A stretch of 64,000 nucleotides of DNA. Origin: Planctomycetota bacterium (lineage in GTDB: Bacteria > Planctomycetota > GCA-002687715 > CAIWVZ01). Of the stretch, positions 38,040-51,159 are shown one piece after another. The DNA lies in assembly GCA_044222185.1 (NCBI GenBank), contig JBGANV010000013.1:10480-74479 (forward strand). The letters are read 5' to 3'. Positions within the stretch are counted from its first letter, which is position 1. Each line of letters begins with the position of its first letter. The notes beneath the pieces are model-generated. The model was not told the DNA's origin. It worked only from the letters and a program-made list of their open reading frames with translations, and searched no databases. A program made the position numbers and the translations under genes.

Positions 38040-38392
38040 ACTCCCAGTTCCTCGTTCAGATGATCCTCACGCTCGTCATCACGGCCGTGATGATCTACGT
38101 GGCGATGCGGTGGCGCAGGGGTGAGATCACGGCGTTCCAACTGGCGGTCTGGGAGCTGTTCTGGGGTGCGGGAGTCCTCTTCGTCCTCTTCCCCGATTCC
38201 GCCACGAAGATCGCGAACCAGGTCGGTGTGGGCCGCGGTGCGGACCTCATCCTGTACGTATCGATCGTCACGCTCTTCTATGGCCTCTTCCGACTGATCG
38301 TGAAGATCGAACGCCTGAACCGGGACCTGACCGAACTGGTGCGGCAGAAGGCTCTCGAGGATCATCGCCGCGAGCGAAATCGAAGTTCATGA
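38036..38392 (+). CDS. DUF2304-family membrane protein
   Basis: Three TM segments, GVGRGADLILY, coiled tail. Typical partner of DPM1-like GT2. Confidence 0.85.
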   Translation: MNSQFLVQMILTLVITAVMIYVAMRWRRGEITAFQLAVWELFWGAGVLFVLFPDSATKIANQVGVGRGADLILYVSIVTLFYGLFRLIVKIERLNRDLTELVRQKALEDHRRERNRSS

Positions 38393-40143
38393 CCGACCTC
38401 TTGCCCCTCTCGCGCGAGCCCGGCGATCCGTCGCCGGCCGCAATGCCCACGCCACCGGAGCCCCCTGGTTCAGCCACGGCCACGACATCGCCCGCGGCTC
38501 GACCCGCAATCGACGCGAGACCGCTCGTTGGGCCCGCGCTTCCCCGCAAGTGGCTACTCATCGCACTCGTGACGGCGGCGGCGGTTCGCATTCCCGGCGT
38601 CTTCTGGGGCGACAACTTCCCCGGTGCGTTCCGCGGTCACCACGTCGACGAATGGACGCACGTGGTCAACTCGGAGTTGCTCGTCGATCCGCAGACGCCA
38701 CCGCGCTGGCATCCGAACCCCTATCCGAAGGGCATGGCCGCCCACGTTGCCATCCCCGTACTGATCGGACGCGTGGTCACGGGGCAGCCGCTGACGAAAC
38801 CCACCTCGATGGAACTGCGCGACCGTTACGCGCCATCGGAGCGCACGCTGCTCTTCATCGGGCGCGGCGTGAACGTCGTTTATGGGACGCTGACCGTTCT
38901 GATCGTGTGGCTGCTCGCGCGACGCCTCCTCCGACGCGAGGATGTGGCTCTCGTGGCCGCATGGTTCGCAGCACTCGGCGGGTTGCACGTCTCCCAGAGC
39001 CACTTCTTCCTCGCCGACGTGGGAGCGATTTTCTGGTTTCTCTTGGCCACATGGCTCCTGCTGCGAGATCTCGACGAGGCTGGTCGCCATCCCCTCGCAT
39101 ATGCGTTGGCGGCGGCTGCCATGGGGGCATCGGTCGGGATGAAGCTCTACGTCGTCGGGTTGCCTGCGCTCGGACTCGCCGCGCTGATGCGGGGCCCGCG
39201 CTTGACCAGACTCGTGCAAGGGGCGGCGTTCTTCCTCGCGGCCTTCGTCGGGGTCAACCTCCTCTCCTATACACCGGCGGACATCCTCAAGACGATGACG
39301 GCCGGCATCACGGGCAAGGACCTGCTGGATCCGTCAGGATTCCCGCGGATCTACGGGCTCGAGCTCCTCGCGTCCATCGGTGCTCCCGTCGCGTTGCTCG
39401 CGCTCGGTGGGGTCGGCATCGCGCTGATCACGGCGTTGCGCTCTCTGACGTCGCGCCTCGCCGTCAACGTGCTCCTGTGCATCGCGCTGCCCGCGTGCCT
39501 TCATGCCGGGATGTTGTTCTTCAAATTGCCCGGTCTGGGTCGATTCGACCCGTTCCCGCGTCACCTGCTGCCGCTGTTTCCGTGGCTTTGGATCCTCGCG
39601 GCCTGGGCGATCGGCGTGATCGCGCGGCAGGCGAAGGCCGAGGGGAGAGGAATCCTCTGGCTCGCCGTGCCTGTCCTGCTCTGGCAGGCTGGGCTCGTCG
39701 TCGACGGCGAGAAGGGATACGTGATAGAGCCTCGGAACGAAGCCATGCGCTGGTTGAGCGCCAACGCGGTCAAGGGGTCGACGCTCTATTGGCCCGCATA
39801 TGAGAAGGACGAGACCACGCGCCTCGGGCTCGTCGCGGGGAAGTTCTTCCACGAGGGCGGCAAGCCGGACACGATCGTCGCCGAGATGTACCGCGTGAAC
39901 CACTTCCTCTCGGGTACGGGGCCGCGCGAGAGCTACCCGCGCGACTACCGGCGCGTGTTCGACGGGCAGTCGCAACAACTCCTCGACGCGTGGCAGGCGC
40001 TCTTCCGCGGGCAGGCGGGCTATCGACGCGTGACGACGTTCAGCGAGAACTACTGGATGCCGGAGTTTCGGCTTGCGGACCGCCTGCTCGGCAATCGGTC
40101 GCGGAATTACCTGACCGAGCTCGTGATCTTCAAGTCCGGCTGA
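38389..40143 (+). CDS. GT-C (ArnT/PMT-like) membrane glycosyltransferase
   Basis: HVDE first-loop motif, many TM segments, R.LLPL.P. Confidence 0.75.
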   Translation: MTDLLPLSREPGDPSPAAMPTPPEPPGSATATTSPAARPAIDARPLVGPALPRKWLLIALVTAAAVRIPGVFWGDNFPGAFRGHHVDEWTHVVNSELLVDPQTPPRWHPNPYPKGMAAHVAIPVLIGRVVTGQPLTKPTSMELRDRYAPSERTLLFIGRGVNVVYGTLTVLIVWLLARRLLRREDVALVAAWFAALGGLHVSQSHFFLADVGAIFWFLLATWLLLRDLDEAGRHPLAYALAAAAMGASVGMKLYVVGLPALGLAALMRGPRLTRLVQGAAFFLAAFVGVNLLSYTPADILKTMTAGITGKDLLDPSGFPRIYGLELLASIGAPVALLALGGVGIALITALRSLTSRLAVNVLLCIALPACLHAGMLFFKLPGLGRFDPFPRHLLPLFPWLWILAAWAIGVIARQAKAEGRGILWLAVPVLLWQAGLVVDGEKGYVIEPRNEAMRWLSANAVKGSTLYWPAYEKDETTRLGLVAGKFFHEGGKPDTIVAEMYRVNHFLSGTGPRESYPRDYRRVFDGQSQQLLDAWQALFRGQAGYRRVTTFSENYWMPEFRLADRLLGNRSRNYLTELVIFKSG

Positions 40144-40158
40144 CGGGGGCCTCGGTGA

Positions 40159-41157
40159 TCAGTCGCGGAACTTCGCGTGGCAGTCCTTGCAGCTCGCGCT
40201 GAGCTTCTTGAACTGACCCGTCAAAGTCGCGGCGTCGGCCCCCTCCGCCAGCATCTTGCGCAGTTCGTCGGCGCGGTCTCGCGACGCCTTCATCGCCTGC
40301 GCGAAGGCCACGGGCTTGGCGAGTGACGCATCCGTCAGGGCGAGCGTGTCGAGCACGGCGACGATGCGCGCGGCCTGGTCCACCGGCACGAGATCGGGGT
40401 GATCGGAGGGAACCTTCCACCCGGCCTTCTCGATCTCCTTCAGGTGGTCGTTCATCTCGTCGACTTCGACCATCCCTTTCACGAGGCCCTTCGGAAGTTC
40501 GAGCGGCGGGAAGTCGGCCGGCACTTCATCGAGCGCATCGGCGGACACGGGTGTCGCCCCAAGCGCACACTCGTAGAGGCCCTTGTAGTTCGGCGCCGTG
40601 CCCGAGACCTTCATGCGATCGACGGCCTGTGCTGGCGGCATGAATCCGAGGGAGACCGCGACGGCGCCTGCTGCGCCGGCGCTCCGGTGCTTCCCATGGT
40701 GACAGTGGATGAACACCGGGCCGTCCTTCAGTGCGTCGGCCGTTGCGCGCGTCAGCTGCAGCCGCCGCGCATCGTCGAAGCCGTTGTAGCCGATGGGCAG
40801 GTGGATGTAGCGCATGCCGTGCTTGCGGGCGAGTTCGACGTCGGGCGCCGCGCCGTCGACGGAGATGATCGTCTTCACGCCCATGCCGGCGACGCTGTCA
40901 AAACCCGAATCACCCTCGGGGACGCTCCCGGAGTAGAGCCGATCGCCATACGCGACGACGTTGTGCACACCCGCGAGGTCCTTTGGCTGGGAGTCGGCCA
41001 GCGTGGGAGCGACGACGATGCCCGCCGAATGCTGCGTCGCCGAATCCGTGGCGAGCGGCTTCTCTGCGTCGGAGGCGTGCGTGCAGGCCAGCATCGCGCT
41101 GAGGGCAGCGACGACCCCTGTGACGAACCAGATCCCCCAGATTCTGCGGTGAGTCAT
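40159..41157 (-). CDS. Exported PTP/DUF442-fold (Cx5R) protein fused to cytochrome c'-like domain
   Basis: KTIISVDGA.P, YIHLPIGY, HCHHGKHRS, C-terminal CKDCHAKFRD. Confidence 0.8.
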   Translation of the reverse strand: MTHRRIWGIWFVTGVVAALSAMLACTHASDAEKPLATDSATQHSAGIVVAPTLADSQPKDLAGVHNVVAYGDRLYSGSVPEGDSGFDSVAGMGVKTIISVDGAAPDVELARKHGMRYIHLPIGYNGFDDARRLQLTRATADALKDGPVFIHCHHGKHRSAGAAGAVAVSLGFMPPAQAVDRMKVSGTAPNYKGLYECALGATPVSADALDEVPADFPPLELPKGLVKGMVEVDEMNDHLKEIEKAGWKVPSDHPDLVPVDQAARIVAVLDTLALTDASLAKPVAFAQAMKASRDRADELRKMLAEGADAATLTGQFKKLSASCKDCHAKFRD

Positions 41158-41476
41158 GGTGTATCTCGCGGCCGGACCTGCTCGCCCGTCCGACCCCAGA
41201 TCGGGCCGGGCCAGCCGGACCAGGGCCGGTTTCGATGGAGGACGTTTGCAAAGAGGGTGCCTGCGGCGCGGTCACGACGGGTTCCCAGGGGAAATGGCCT
41301 CGCGAAGCGCCCTGGTGGGCCAGCGGCCCCCTCAGGGAGGGAGCCCGGATGCGGGACATCGTTACGGAACCGTGACGCCCGTCACCCTGCCAACACGCCG
41401 CGTGGCCCCCCGGAATGCGTGTCCCGCCTCCGTCTGCCAGGGATACAACCGCTCGACGGCATTTCCGGCGCGGGCG

Positions 41477-42331
41477 TCAGGGCAGAAGGACGTTGTCGAT
41501 CAGGCGTGTGCGCCCCAGGTACGCGGCGACGGCCACGAGGTCGCCCGCGTGAACCGCGTCGGCTCGCGGCTCGAGGGACTGCGGGTCCGCGATGGTCAGA
41601 TACTGGACGTCGAATCCGCCACTCCCGACGAGGAGATCGCGCGCCTCCCCGGTGAGCGTGTGCGCGCGGAACTCGCCGCGACGGAAGCGAGCGACGACGT
41701 GGTCCAGGCTCCGCTTGAGCATGGGTGCCCTCGAACGCTCATCCGGCGTCAGGTAGGCGTTGCGGCTCGACATCGCGAGTCCGTCGGGCTCGCGCACCGT
41801 CGGGCAGACGCGAATCGACATGTCCAAGTCGAAGTCGAGGTCGCGCAGCATGCGCCGCAGCACGACCGTCTGCTGGTAGTCCTTCTGTCCGAACAACGCG
41901 ACGTCGGGACGGACTTGATTGAACAGCTTGGCGACGATCGTGAGCACGCCCTCGAAGTGTCCGGGACGGAACCCTCCGCACAGGTATTGCGGCAGCTTGA
42001 GCTGGGTGATGCGGGTTTCGTTCCCCGGTGGATACATCGTGTCGACGTCCGGGAGGAAGAGGGTGTCGGCCCCGGCCTTCCCCAAAAGCTCGGTGTCCCG
42101 CTCGATTGGCCGCGGGTAGCGCGAGAAGTCCTCGTTGGGCCCGAACTGCGTCGGGTTCACGAAGATGCTCGCGACGACTCGGTCTGCCACCGATCGGGCC
42201 TCGCGCACGAGCGCAAGATGTCCTTCGTGGAGAGCTCCCATCGTGGGAACGAACGCGACCCTTGCTCCGCCGCCACGCCACGCCCGAACCATGGCGTGGA
42301 CCGCCTCGCGCGTACGGACCACCTCGATCAC
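41477..42331 (-). CDS. panC: Pantoate-beta-alanine ligase
   Basis: VPTMGALHEGH, SIFVNPTQF, RPGHF, FGQKDYQQ, DGLAMSSRN, RLIDN. Confidence 0.96.
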   Translation of the reverse strand: MIEVVRTREAVHAMVRAWRGGGARVAFVPTMGALHEGHLALVREARSVADRVVASIFVNPTQFGPNEDFSRYPRPIERDTELLGKAGADTLFLPDVDTMYPPGNETRITQLKLPQYLCGGFRPGHFEGVLTIVAKLFNQVRPDVALFGQKDYQQTVVLRRMLRDLDFDLDMSIRVCPTVREPDGLAMSSRNAYLTPDERSRAPMLKRSLDHVVARFRRGEFRAHTLTGEARDLLVGSGGFDVQYLTIADPQSLEPRADAVHAGDLVAVAAYLGRTRLIDNVLLP

Positions 42332-42834
42332 GACCAGTCCTCCGCACCCGCGACGCGAACGATCCGCGCCGAGCCCACCCGGAGCGCCTGGGCGCCGATG
42401 GTCCCGAGCCCGCCGGGGATTTCCCGGTCTGCCGCGATCGCGCTCGCCGGCACGAGCACGAAGGCGCGGTCGCAGAGGCGTGGATGCGGCACGTTCAACC
42501 GCGGCGTGTCGATGATCCGCGTCCCGAAGACGAGGATGTCGAGGTCCAGGCTGCGAGGGCCATTCAGTTCGCGCCGGAAGCGGCCCGCATCGCGCTCGAT
42601 CGCGAGAAGGCGGTCGAGGAATGCCTCGGGCTCGCACCGCGTCGTGAGTCTGAGGGCTGCATTCAGGTAGGGGCCCTGCGGCGGCCCTCCCACCGGGTCC
42701 GTCTCGAAGACGGGGCTCGCGGCGCGGATCTCCGTGTCTGCGCCTGAGAGCCGGCGACGGGCGAATCGCAGCCAGCTCAGGCGATCACCCAGATTGGACC
42801 CGAGTGCCACGAGGACGTCCTCGTCATCGCTCAT
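42328..42834 (-). CDS. folK: 6-hydroxymethyl-7,8-dihydropterin pyrophosphokinase
   Basis: ALGSNLGD, YLNA, GPRSLDLDIL, VPHP, RAFVLVP. Confidence 0.95.
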   Translation of the reverse strand: MSDDEDVLVALGSNLGDRLSWLRFARRRLSGADTEIRAASPVFETDPVGGPPQGPYLNAALRLTTRCEPEAFLDRLLAIERDAGRFRRELNGPRSLDLDILVFGTRIIDTPRLNVPHPRLCDRAFVLVPASAIAADREIPGGLGTIGAQALRVGSARIVRVAGAEDWS

Positions 42835-42883
42835 CGACGGGTCCAACGGCCGGAGGGCGTTCGCTCGCGGCGTTCGGGCTGGA

Positions 42884-43746
42884 TCACAGGAGATCCTCTT
42901 CTTCGTCGTCGCCGGCGGCCGGTCGCGCATCGGGCGCCGGCACCCCATCGGCCGCCGGCTGGGTGTGCCGGCGACGCACGCGCTGCCTGAGCCACGACAA
43001 CGGCCCGGTCAGCACATAGGCGGCGACACCCAATGGAACCATGATTTCGGGATTCCACAGGACGAACGCGCCCACGAAGATCAACGCGACCAGGAAGCGG
43101 AACGGTTTGCGGCCGCGGAACAGCGTGTTCGTGACGTGGACGTAGGGGAACCGGCTCACCATGAGGAACCCGATGAGCGGCACGAGCACCGGCATGGCGT
43201 AGAGGACCCAGGAGTGCGCCGACGTCGGATCCAGGTGGATGTTGAGGAAGGACAAGGCGCAGACGGTGCCCGCCGCCGCGGGACTCGGAAGCCCCTTGAA
43301 CCGCAGGTGCGCGTCCTCGTCCGGCGTCGTCTCCACGTTGAATCGTGCGAGGCGGAGGGCCGCACACGCGAGATAGAGGACGGCGAGGACGACCGCGAGC
43401 TTGGGCGAAATCACCCCCGGACTGGCCTCGACCATCACCTTGAACAGGAGCGCGGGCGCCGCGCCGAATGAAACTACGTCGCTGAGCGAGTCGATCTGGG
43501 AGCCGAAGTCCGACGCCGCCCCCGTCATCCGGGCAATCTTCCCGTCGACGGCGTCGAAGATCATGGCGAAGAAGATGCACCAAACGGCGTTCGTGTAGAG
43601 GTGCATGCGGGCGGCGTTTGCCTCGGCGACCGACCACGCTGGATCGGTGTGGAGAGAATCCGTCAGGTATGCGATCGCGAGGAATCCGCTGAAGAGGTTT
43701 CCGAGCGTGACGAGCGTCGGAAGCATCTCGATGGGGTTCATCCGCT

Positions 43747-43750
<4 letters not shown>
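42884..43750 (-). CDS. pssA: CDP-diacylglycerol-serine O-phosphatidyltransferase
   Basis: D..DGKIAR...SDFG..DSLSDVVSFG, LRLARFN, F.GLPSP. Confidence 0.93.
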
Positions 43751-46142
<2,392 letters not shown>

Positions 46143-46382
46143 GGGTCAAACAGGGCAGTTTTCGCCCACGATCCGGCCCCACCCCGCGATTCCTCCGGGG
46201 AATTCCGCGGCACCCTCACATCTCCACATCCTCACAACGCAACAGGCGTCCCTCGTCCGACCCCGGATGCGACGCGTTCTCAGGATCTTAATCCGTTACG
46301 CAGCAAGGACTTGATATGCACTTGGGACCCTCGTCGACGGGTCACCCCTAAAGCCGCTTTCCCCAGCTTGAAAATGAGATTC

Positions 46383-46411
46383 TTCACAACTGTTGAGTTC
46401 GGGCGTATAAA
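46383..46411 (+). promoter_or_regulatory. Sigma70-like promoter
   Basis: TTCACA-N17-TATAAA in an AT-richer intergenic stretch. Confidence 0.5.
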
Positions 46412-46486
46412 CCCACGACTTCAATCAGTTGATTGCAGCACCGAAGTTGGCCGATAGGTCGCTTCAACGAAAGGAATGGTTCGCTC

Positions 46487-46684
46487 ATGTCGATAACTGA
46501 GATCGAGGTCAGAGGGACCTCGTCCAACAACTATGAAGACGCTCTCTCCCGCGCGACCGAGTCGGCTCGGCACGTGTGCGAGACCTTCGTCGACATCGAC
46601 GAGGTCTCGCGCTTCGTCGAGATCGACGGGATGTCTCGCCGGTTTGGCGTCACCCTCAAGGTGACCTGCATGCGCGGTGACTGA
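46487..46684 (+). CDS. Dodecin-like small protein
   Basis: 65 aa: IEVRGTS..YEDAL..A..., F.VTLKV. AAGGA RBS. Confidence 0.55.
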   Translation: MSITEIEVRGTSSNNYEDALSRATESARHVCETFVDIDEVSRFVEIDGMSRRFGVTLKVTCMRGD

Positions 46685-46936
46685 CCACTGAGTCAGGCCG
46701 CCGCACCCTGCGGCACCTCAGAATCCGGCCGTTCGCGACAAAAGCGCGAGCGGCCGACTTCGTTTCCGGGCGTCTGTTTCACCACGCATCGAGTTCCTCG
46801 ACGCCGTCGCGACGGAGTTTTCACGCCCGGCGCAAGTAGTGGTTCAGGGAACACGCCAGGTGGGCACGCGCCTGCCGCCACCCTTTCGACGAGTTACCAT
46901 GTCGGCCCGTTTGGCGCTGTTTCGGCACCCTGCGGT

Positions 46937-47989
46937 GTGGAGAACGAGAAGCACATGACGAACGCGACGGATTCGAACGGCGATCTGGCGGCGGTCAAGC
47001 GCCTCACGGAGGCGTTCCAAGCCCTCAAGTCCGAGATGGCGAAGGTGATCGTCGGGCAGGAAGCCGTGGTCGACCAGTTGCTCACGGCGATCTTCGCCCG
47101 CGGTCACTGCCTGCTCGTCGGGGTCCCGGGGCTCGCGAAGACCCTCATGATCTCGACGCTCTCGAAGACCATGTCGCTTTCGTTCAACCGCATCCAGTTC
47201 ACGCCAGACCTCATGCCGTCCGACATCACCGGCACCGAGGTCATCCAGGAAGACCGCGCGACCGGGACGCGCCAGTTCAAGTTCATCAAGGGTCCGGTCT
47301 TCGCCAACGTAATCCTCGCGGACGAGATCAACCGCACGCCCCCGAAGACGCAGGCCGCACTCCTCGAAGCGATGCAGGAACATCAGGTGACGGCGGGCGG
47401 CAACCGTCACGCCCTCCCCGAGCCGTTCTTCGTTCTCGCGACGCAGAACCCCATCGAGCAGGAAGGCACGTACCCCCTCCCCGAGGCCCAACTCGACCGC
47501 TTCATGTACATGGTGCGCGTCGAGTACCCGACGGCCGACGAGGAGTTCCAGATCGTCCAGAACACGACGACGGTCCAGTCGTCGGCGATCAAGCAGGTGT
47601 TGTCCGCCGCCGACATCCTGTCGCTCCAGGACATGGTCCGTCGCGTGCCGATCTCCGACCACGTGCTGCGCTACGCGCTCGAGTACGCGCGGCGCACGCG
47701 CGTCACCACGCCCGACGCCCCACCATTCATCAAGCAGTTCGTCGCCTGGGGTGCAGGCCCGCGAGCCAGCCAGTACATCGTCCTCGCCGCGAAAGCGCGG
47801 GCCGTCCTCAAGGGCCGGACGTACGTCTCGGGTGACGACATCCGCGCCGTCGTCCACCCGGTGCTCCGCCACCGCATCATCTGCAACTTCAGCGCGGAAG
47901 CCGAGGGGATGACGTCCGACAAGATCATCGATCAGCTCGTCGAGCAGATTCCGCGCACCGAGAACGACCCCGCTCTGGCGCGCGTCTGA
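46937..47989 (+). CDS. moxR: MoxR-family AAA+ ATPase
   Basis: GVPGLAKT, RIQFTPDLMPSD, DEINR, ATQNPIEQEGTYPLPEAQLDRF. Confidence 0.96.
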   Translation: MENEKHMTNATDSNGDLAAVKRLTEAFQALKSEMAKVIVGQEAVVDQLLTAIFARGHCLLVGVPGLAKTLMISTLSKTMSLSFNRIQFTPDLMPSDITGTEVIQEDRATGTRQFKFIKGPVFANVILADEINRTPPKTQAALLEAMQEHQVTAGGNRHALPEPFFVLATQNPIEQEGTYPLPEAQLDRFMYMVRVEYPTADEEFQIVQNTTTVQSSAIKQVLSAADILSLQDMVRRVPISDHVLRYALEYARRTRVTTPDAPPFIKQFVAWGAGPRASQYIVLAAKARAVLKGRTYVSGDDIRAVVHPVLRHRIICNFSAEAEGMTSDKIIDQLVEQIPRTENDPALARV

Positions 47990-48885
47990 TGGCCGACCAC
48001 GCAAGCCGCCTGCTGAGCCCGGAGACGCTGAATCGCGTTTCCGGCCTCGAGATGAAAGCCCGCCTGATCGTCGAGGGCTTCATGACCGGACTCCACGATT
48101 CGCCCTACAAGGGGGCATCCGTCGAGTTCGCCGAGCATCGCGAGTACGTCCCTGGCGACGACCTCCGCCGCCTCGACTGGAAGGTCTACGCAAAGAGCGA
48201 CCGCTTCTACATCAAGGAGTACGAGGAGGAGACGAACCTCAAGTGCTACGTCGTGCTCGACGTCAGCAAGAGCATGTCGTTCGCCTCCGGCGAGATGTCG
48301 AAGATCGAGTACGGCCGTCAGCTCTCGGCTGCTCTCACGCACCTCGTGTCGAGGCAGCAGGACCAGGTCGCTCTCGTCCTGTTCGCCGACAAGGTTCGCA
48401 CGTTCCTTCCACCGCAGAACAACCAGTCACACCTGCGCGCCATCTACCAGGCGCTCGTCGAAGCGACGACCGAGGAGAAGACGAACGTCGGCGCGATCTT
48501 CCACGAAATCGCCGAGCGCCTGCGTCATCGCAGCCTCGTCATCATCATCAGCGACCTCTTCGATGACCCGGACCGCGTCGTCTCCGGCCTGAACCACATG
48601 GCGCACCGCGGGCACGACGTCGTCGTCTTTCAGGTGCTGGATCCGGCGGAGCTCACGTTCCCCTACGACCGCATGACGCGCTTCGAAGGCCTCGAGGTCG
48701 ACGAAAAGCTCCTGGCGGATCCGCGCGCCCTTCGCGCCGCCTATCTGGAGGAGATGCAGAGCTTCCAGCACCGCATCAAGAAAGCCTGCCTCGGAGGGCG
48801 GATGGACTACGTAGTCCTCGATACGTCGCGGCCGCTCGCGGCTCCGTTGTCGTCGTACCTCGCCATGCGAGCGAAGTCGAGGTAA
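47989..48885 (+). CDS. DUF58 protein
   Basis: G.SVEFAEHREY.PGDD.R.LDWK, LDVSKSM, ISD. Confidence 0.93.
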   Translation: MADHASRLLSPETLNRVSGLEMKARLIVEGFMTGLHDSPYKGASVEFAEHREYVPGDDLRRLDWKVYAKSDRFYIKEYEEETNLKCYVVLDVSKSMSFASGEMSKIEYGRQLSAALTHLVSRQQDQVALVLFADKVRTFLPPQNNQSHLRAIYQALVEATTEEKTNVGAIFHEIAERLRHRSLVIIISDLFDDPDRVVSGLNHMAHRGHDVVVFQVLDPAELTFPYDRMTRFEGLEVDEKLLADPRALRAAYLEEMQSFQHRIKKACLGGRMDYVVLDTSRPLAAPLSSYLAMRAKSR

Positions 48886-48891
48886 TCGCGG

Positions 48892-51159
48892 ATGTTCGGC
48901 GAAGTCTCCATGCTCTGGTGGGCCGCCGCGGCGGCGATCCCCATCCTGATCCACCTGTTCACGCGGCAACGGTTCCGTCGCGTGCCGTGGGCGGCCATGG
49001 ACTTCCTGCGCCGGGCCTTCCAGAAGACACGCCGGCGGCTGCGGCTCGAGAACCTGCTGCTCCTCCTCCTCCGCGTCCTTGCGCTGATCCTCCTCGCCTT
49101 GGCGCTGGCCGAGCCCAAGATCAAGTCGTCGATCCTGGATGCGGGCAAGGACACCCGCCGCGAAGTCGTCCTGATCGTCGACAACTCGTTCAGCATGGCG
49201 CTGCGCGAGTCGTCGGGTGACACGCCGTTTCGCCGCGCCCATGACCAGGCCCTGCGCCTCGTTCGTGGCCTCGAGCGCGAGCGAGGCGATACCGCGACGC
49301 TGATCACCGCGGGTCGTTCCGCGTCCCTGCTCCTGCGCCGCGCGACCGACCTCGACCGCGTCGCCGCGGAAGTCGATCGCCTCGAAGTCTCCGATTCGGC
49401 GACCGACCTCCTCGGAGCTCTCCGCACGGCCGTCGCCGTCGTCGACGAGAAGATGCCAAAGGGCGTGGAGGTCTACCTCTTCACCGATCTGCAGAAGTCG
49501 GCATTCGTGCAAGACACGGAGTCGGGGGTGAAGCCGGCGCAGAGAAACGCGCCCGGATCGCTGCCCGCGCAGCCGAGCCAGCTGCTCGCGTCGCAGGTGA
49601 CCGAGCTCAAGACGCGCGGCGCGCACGTCACCATCGTCGCCGGCTTCGGCCAGGAGGCCGACAACCTCGCCGTCACGAACCTCGAGTTGGGCAGCAAGGT
49701 TGCCAGCGTCGGGCAGCCTCTTCGCTTCGTCGCGACCGTGAAGAACTTCGGCCGCCGGCCCGCGAGCGGCGTGGTCAACCTTTTCGTGGATGGAGCCGAG
49801 ACAGGCGTCGACTCGCAACCCATCGACCTCGTCCAACCTGGCAGCACGCAGGTCGTGGACTTCCGTTACACCTTCCGCGAGCCCGGGCCCCATCAGGTCG
49901 AAGCCCGCTTCACGACGGACGCCCTCGAGGTCGACAACCGCCGCGCCCTCGCGGTCACCGTGCAGGACCACGTGCGCGCCATCGTCGTCGACGGCTCGCC
50001 GAGCACGGAAGCGGACGAGGAGGCCTCGTTCTTCCTGCGGACGGCCCTCGAACTCGGAGGGTCACCGACGCGTCCCTCGCTGTTCGAAGTGAAACCCGTC
50101 ACGGAGGTGGCGTTCGATCGGGAATCGCTCACAGAAGTGGATCTGGTCGTTCTCGTCAACGTCGCCAACGTCTCCGAGCGCCGCGTGCGGGAACTCGAGG
50201 ACTTCGTGACCCGTGGCGGCGGACTCGCGATCTTCGTCGGCCCTCGAACGCAAGCCGCAGCGATCAACGACCAGCTGTACCGGGATGGCGCAGGGCTCCT
50301 GCCGGCGAAACTCGGAACGGTCACGGGCGAAGTGGGGTCGCGCACGGTCGCCTTCGAACTCAAACCCGTCGTCACCGATCGCCCCCCGTTGTCGTACTTC
50401 AACGACGAGCGCGTTCGCGCCATGCTCGTCGGCGCGCCGTTCTACCGCTACTACGCCGCGACGGTGAAGGCCGACGATCCGAGCGTGCGCGTCCTCGCCC
50501 AATTCGAATCGCCGACGGCCGCGCTGACGTCACCGTCACCGGCCGTCATCGAGAAGACCTTCGGCGCCGGTCGCGTGATCCTCGTCACGTCGTCGGCTGA
50601 TCGCGAGTGGAATGAACTCGCCGTCCTCCCGACGTACGTGCCGTTCGTCAAGGAGATCGCCTACCACCTGGTGCGCCGCTCGTCGGCCATCGAGAACCTG
50701 ACCGTCGGCGACTCCTACCGTCGCGAGATCGATCGCTTCGTGCGTGACGTCACCGTTCAACGCGGCGGAACCCAGGTCAAGGTCGTCAAGCCGCTCGCGC
50801 TTCAGGGCCGGACGGGATACGAGATCCGCGTGGACGACCTGACCAAGTCCGGCGTCTACCGGCTGGACTACGCCGAAGACAACGAGCCGGGCCGCAAGCC
50901 CATGCCGTCGAATTTCGTCGCGGTGAACGTGGATCCGCGCGAGTCCGACCTCACCCGGCTGACGTCGGAAGCCGTCGCCCAGATGTTCCCATCCGACGCA
51001 CTCCGACTCGTGGACGCCGTGGAGGCCGAGAACGCCGGCGAGATGCAGGGAAACGATCGGGCGTGGTGGTGGGTGGTGTGGGTCGTGCTCGGTCTGCTCA
51101 CGGCCGAGACGATCCTCTCACAGTGGTTCGGCCGACCGGGCCGCGGAGGCGATTCGTGA
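48892..51159 (+). CDS. BatA/VWA-domain membrane protein
   Basis: IPILIHL..R..VPWAAM.FL, DNSFSM MIDAS, FTD, VNVD..ESD, C-terminal TM. Confidence 0.88.
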   Translation: MFGEVSMLWWAAAAAIPILIHLFTRQRFRRVPWAAMDFLRRAFQKTRRRLRLENLLLLLLRVLALILLALALAEPKIKSSILDAGKDTRREVVLIVDNSFSMALRESSGDTPFRRAHDQALRLVRGLERERGDTATLITAGRSASLLLRRATDLDRVAAEVDRLEVSDSATDLLGALRTAVAVVDEKMPKGVEVYLFTDLQKSAFVQDTESGVKPAQRNAPGSLPAQPSQLLASQVTELKTRGAHVTIVAGFGQEADNLAVTNLELGSKVASVGQPLRFVATVKNFGRRPASGVVNLFVDGAETGVDSQPIDLVQPGSTQVVDFRYTFREPGPHQVEARFTTDALEVDNRRALAVTVQDHVRAIVVDGSPSTEADEEASFFLRTALELGGSPTRPSLFEVKPVTEVAFDRESLTEVDLVVLVNVANVSERRVRELEDFVTRGGGLAIFVGPRTQAAAINDQLYRDGAGLLPAKLGTVTGEVGSRTVAFELKPVVTDRPPLSYFNDERVRAMLVGAPFYRYYAATVKADDPSVRVLAQFESPTAALTSPSPAVIEKTFGAGRVILVTSSADREWNELAVLPTYVPFVKEIAYHLVRRSSAIENLTVGDSYRREIDRFVRDVTVQRGGTQVKVVKPLALQGRTGYEIRVDDLTKSGVYRLDYAEDNEPGRKPMPSNFVAVNVDPRESDLTRLTSEAVAQMFPSDALRLVDAVEAENAGEMQGNDRAWWWVVWVVLGLLTAETILSQWFGRPGRGGDS

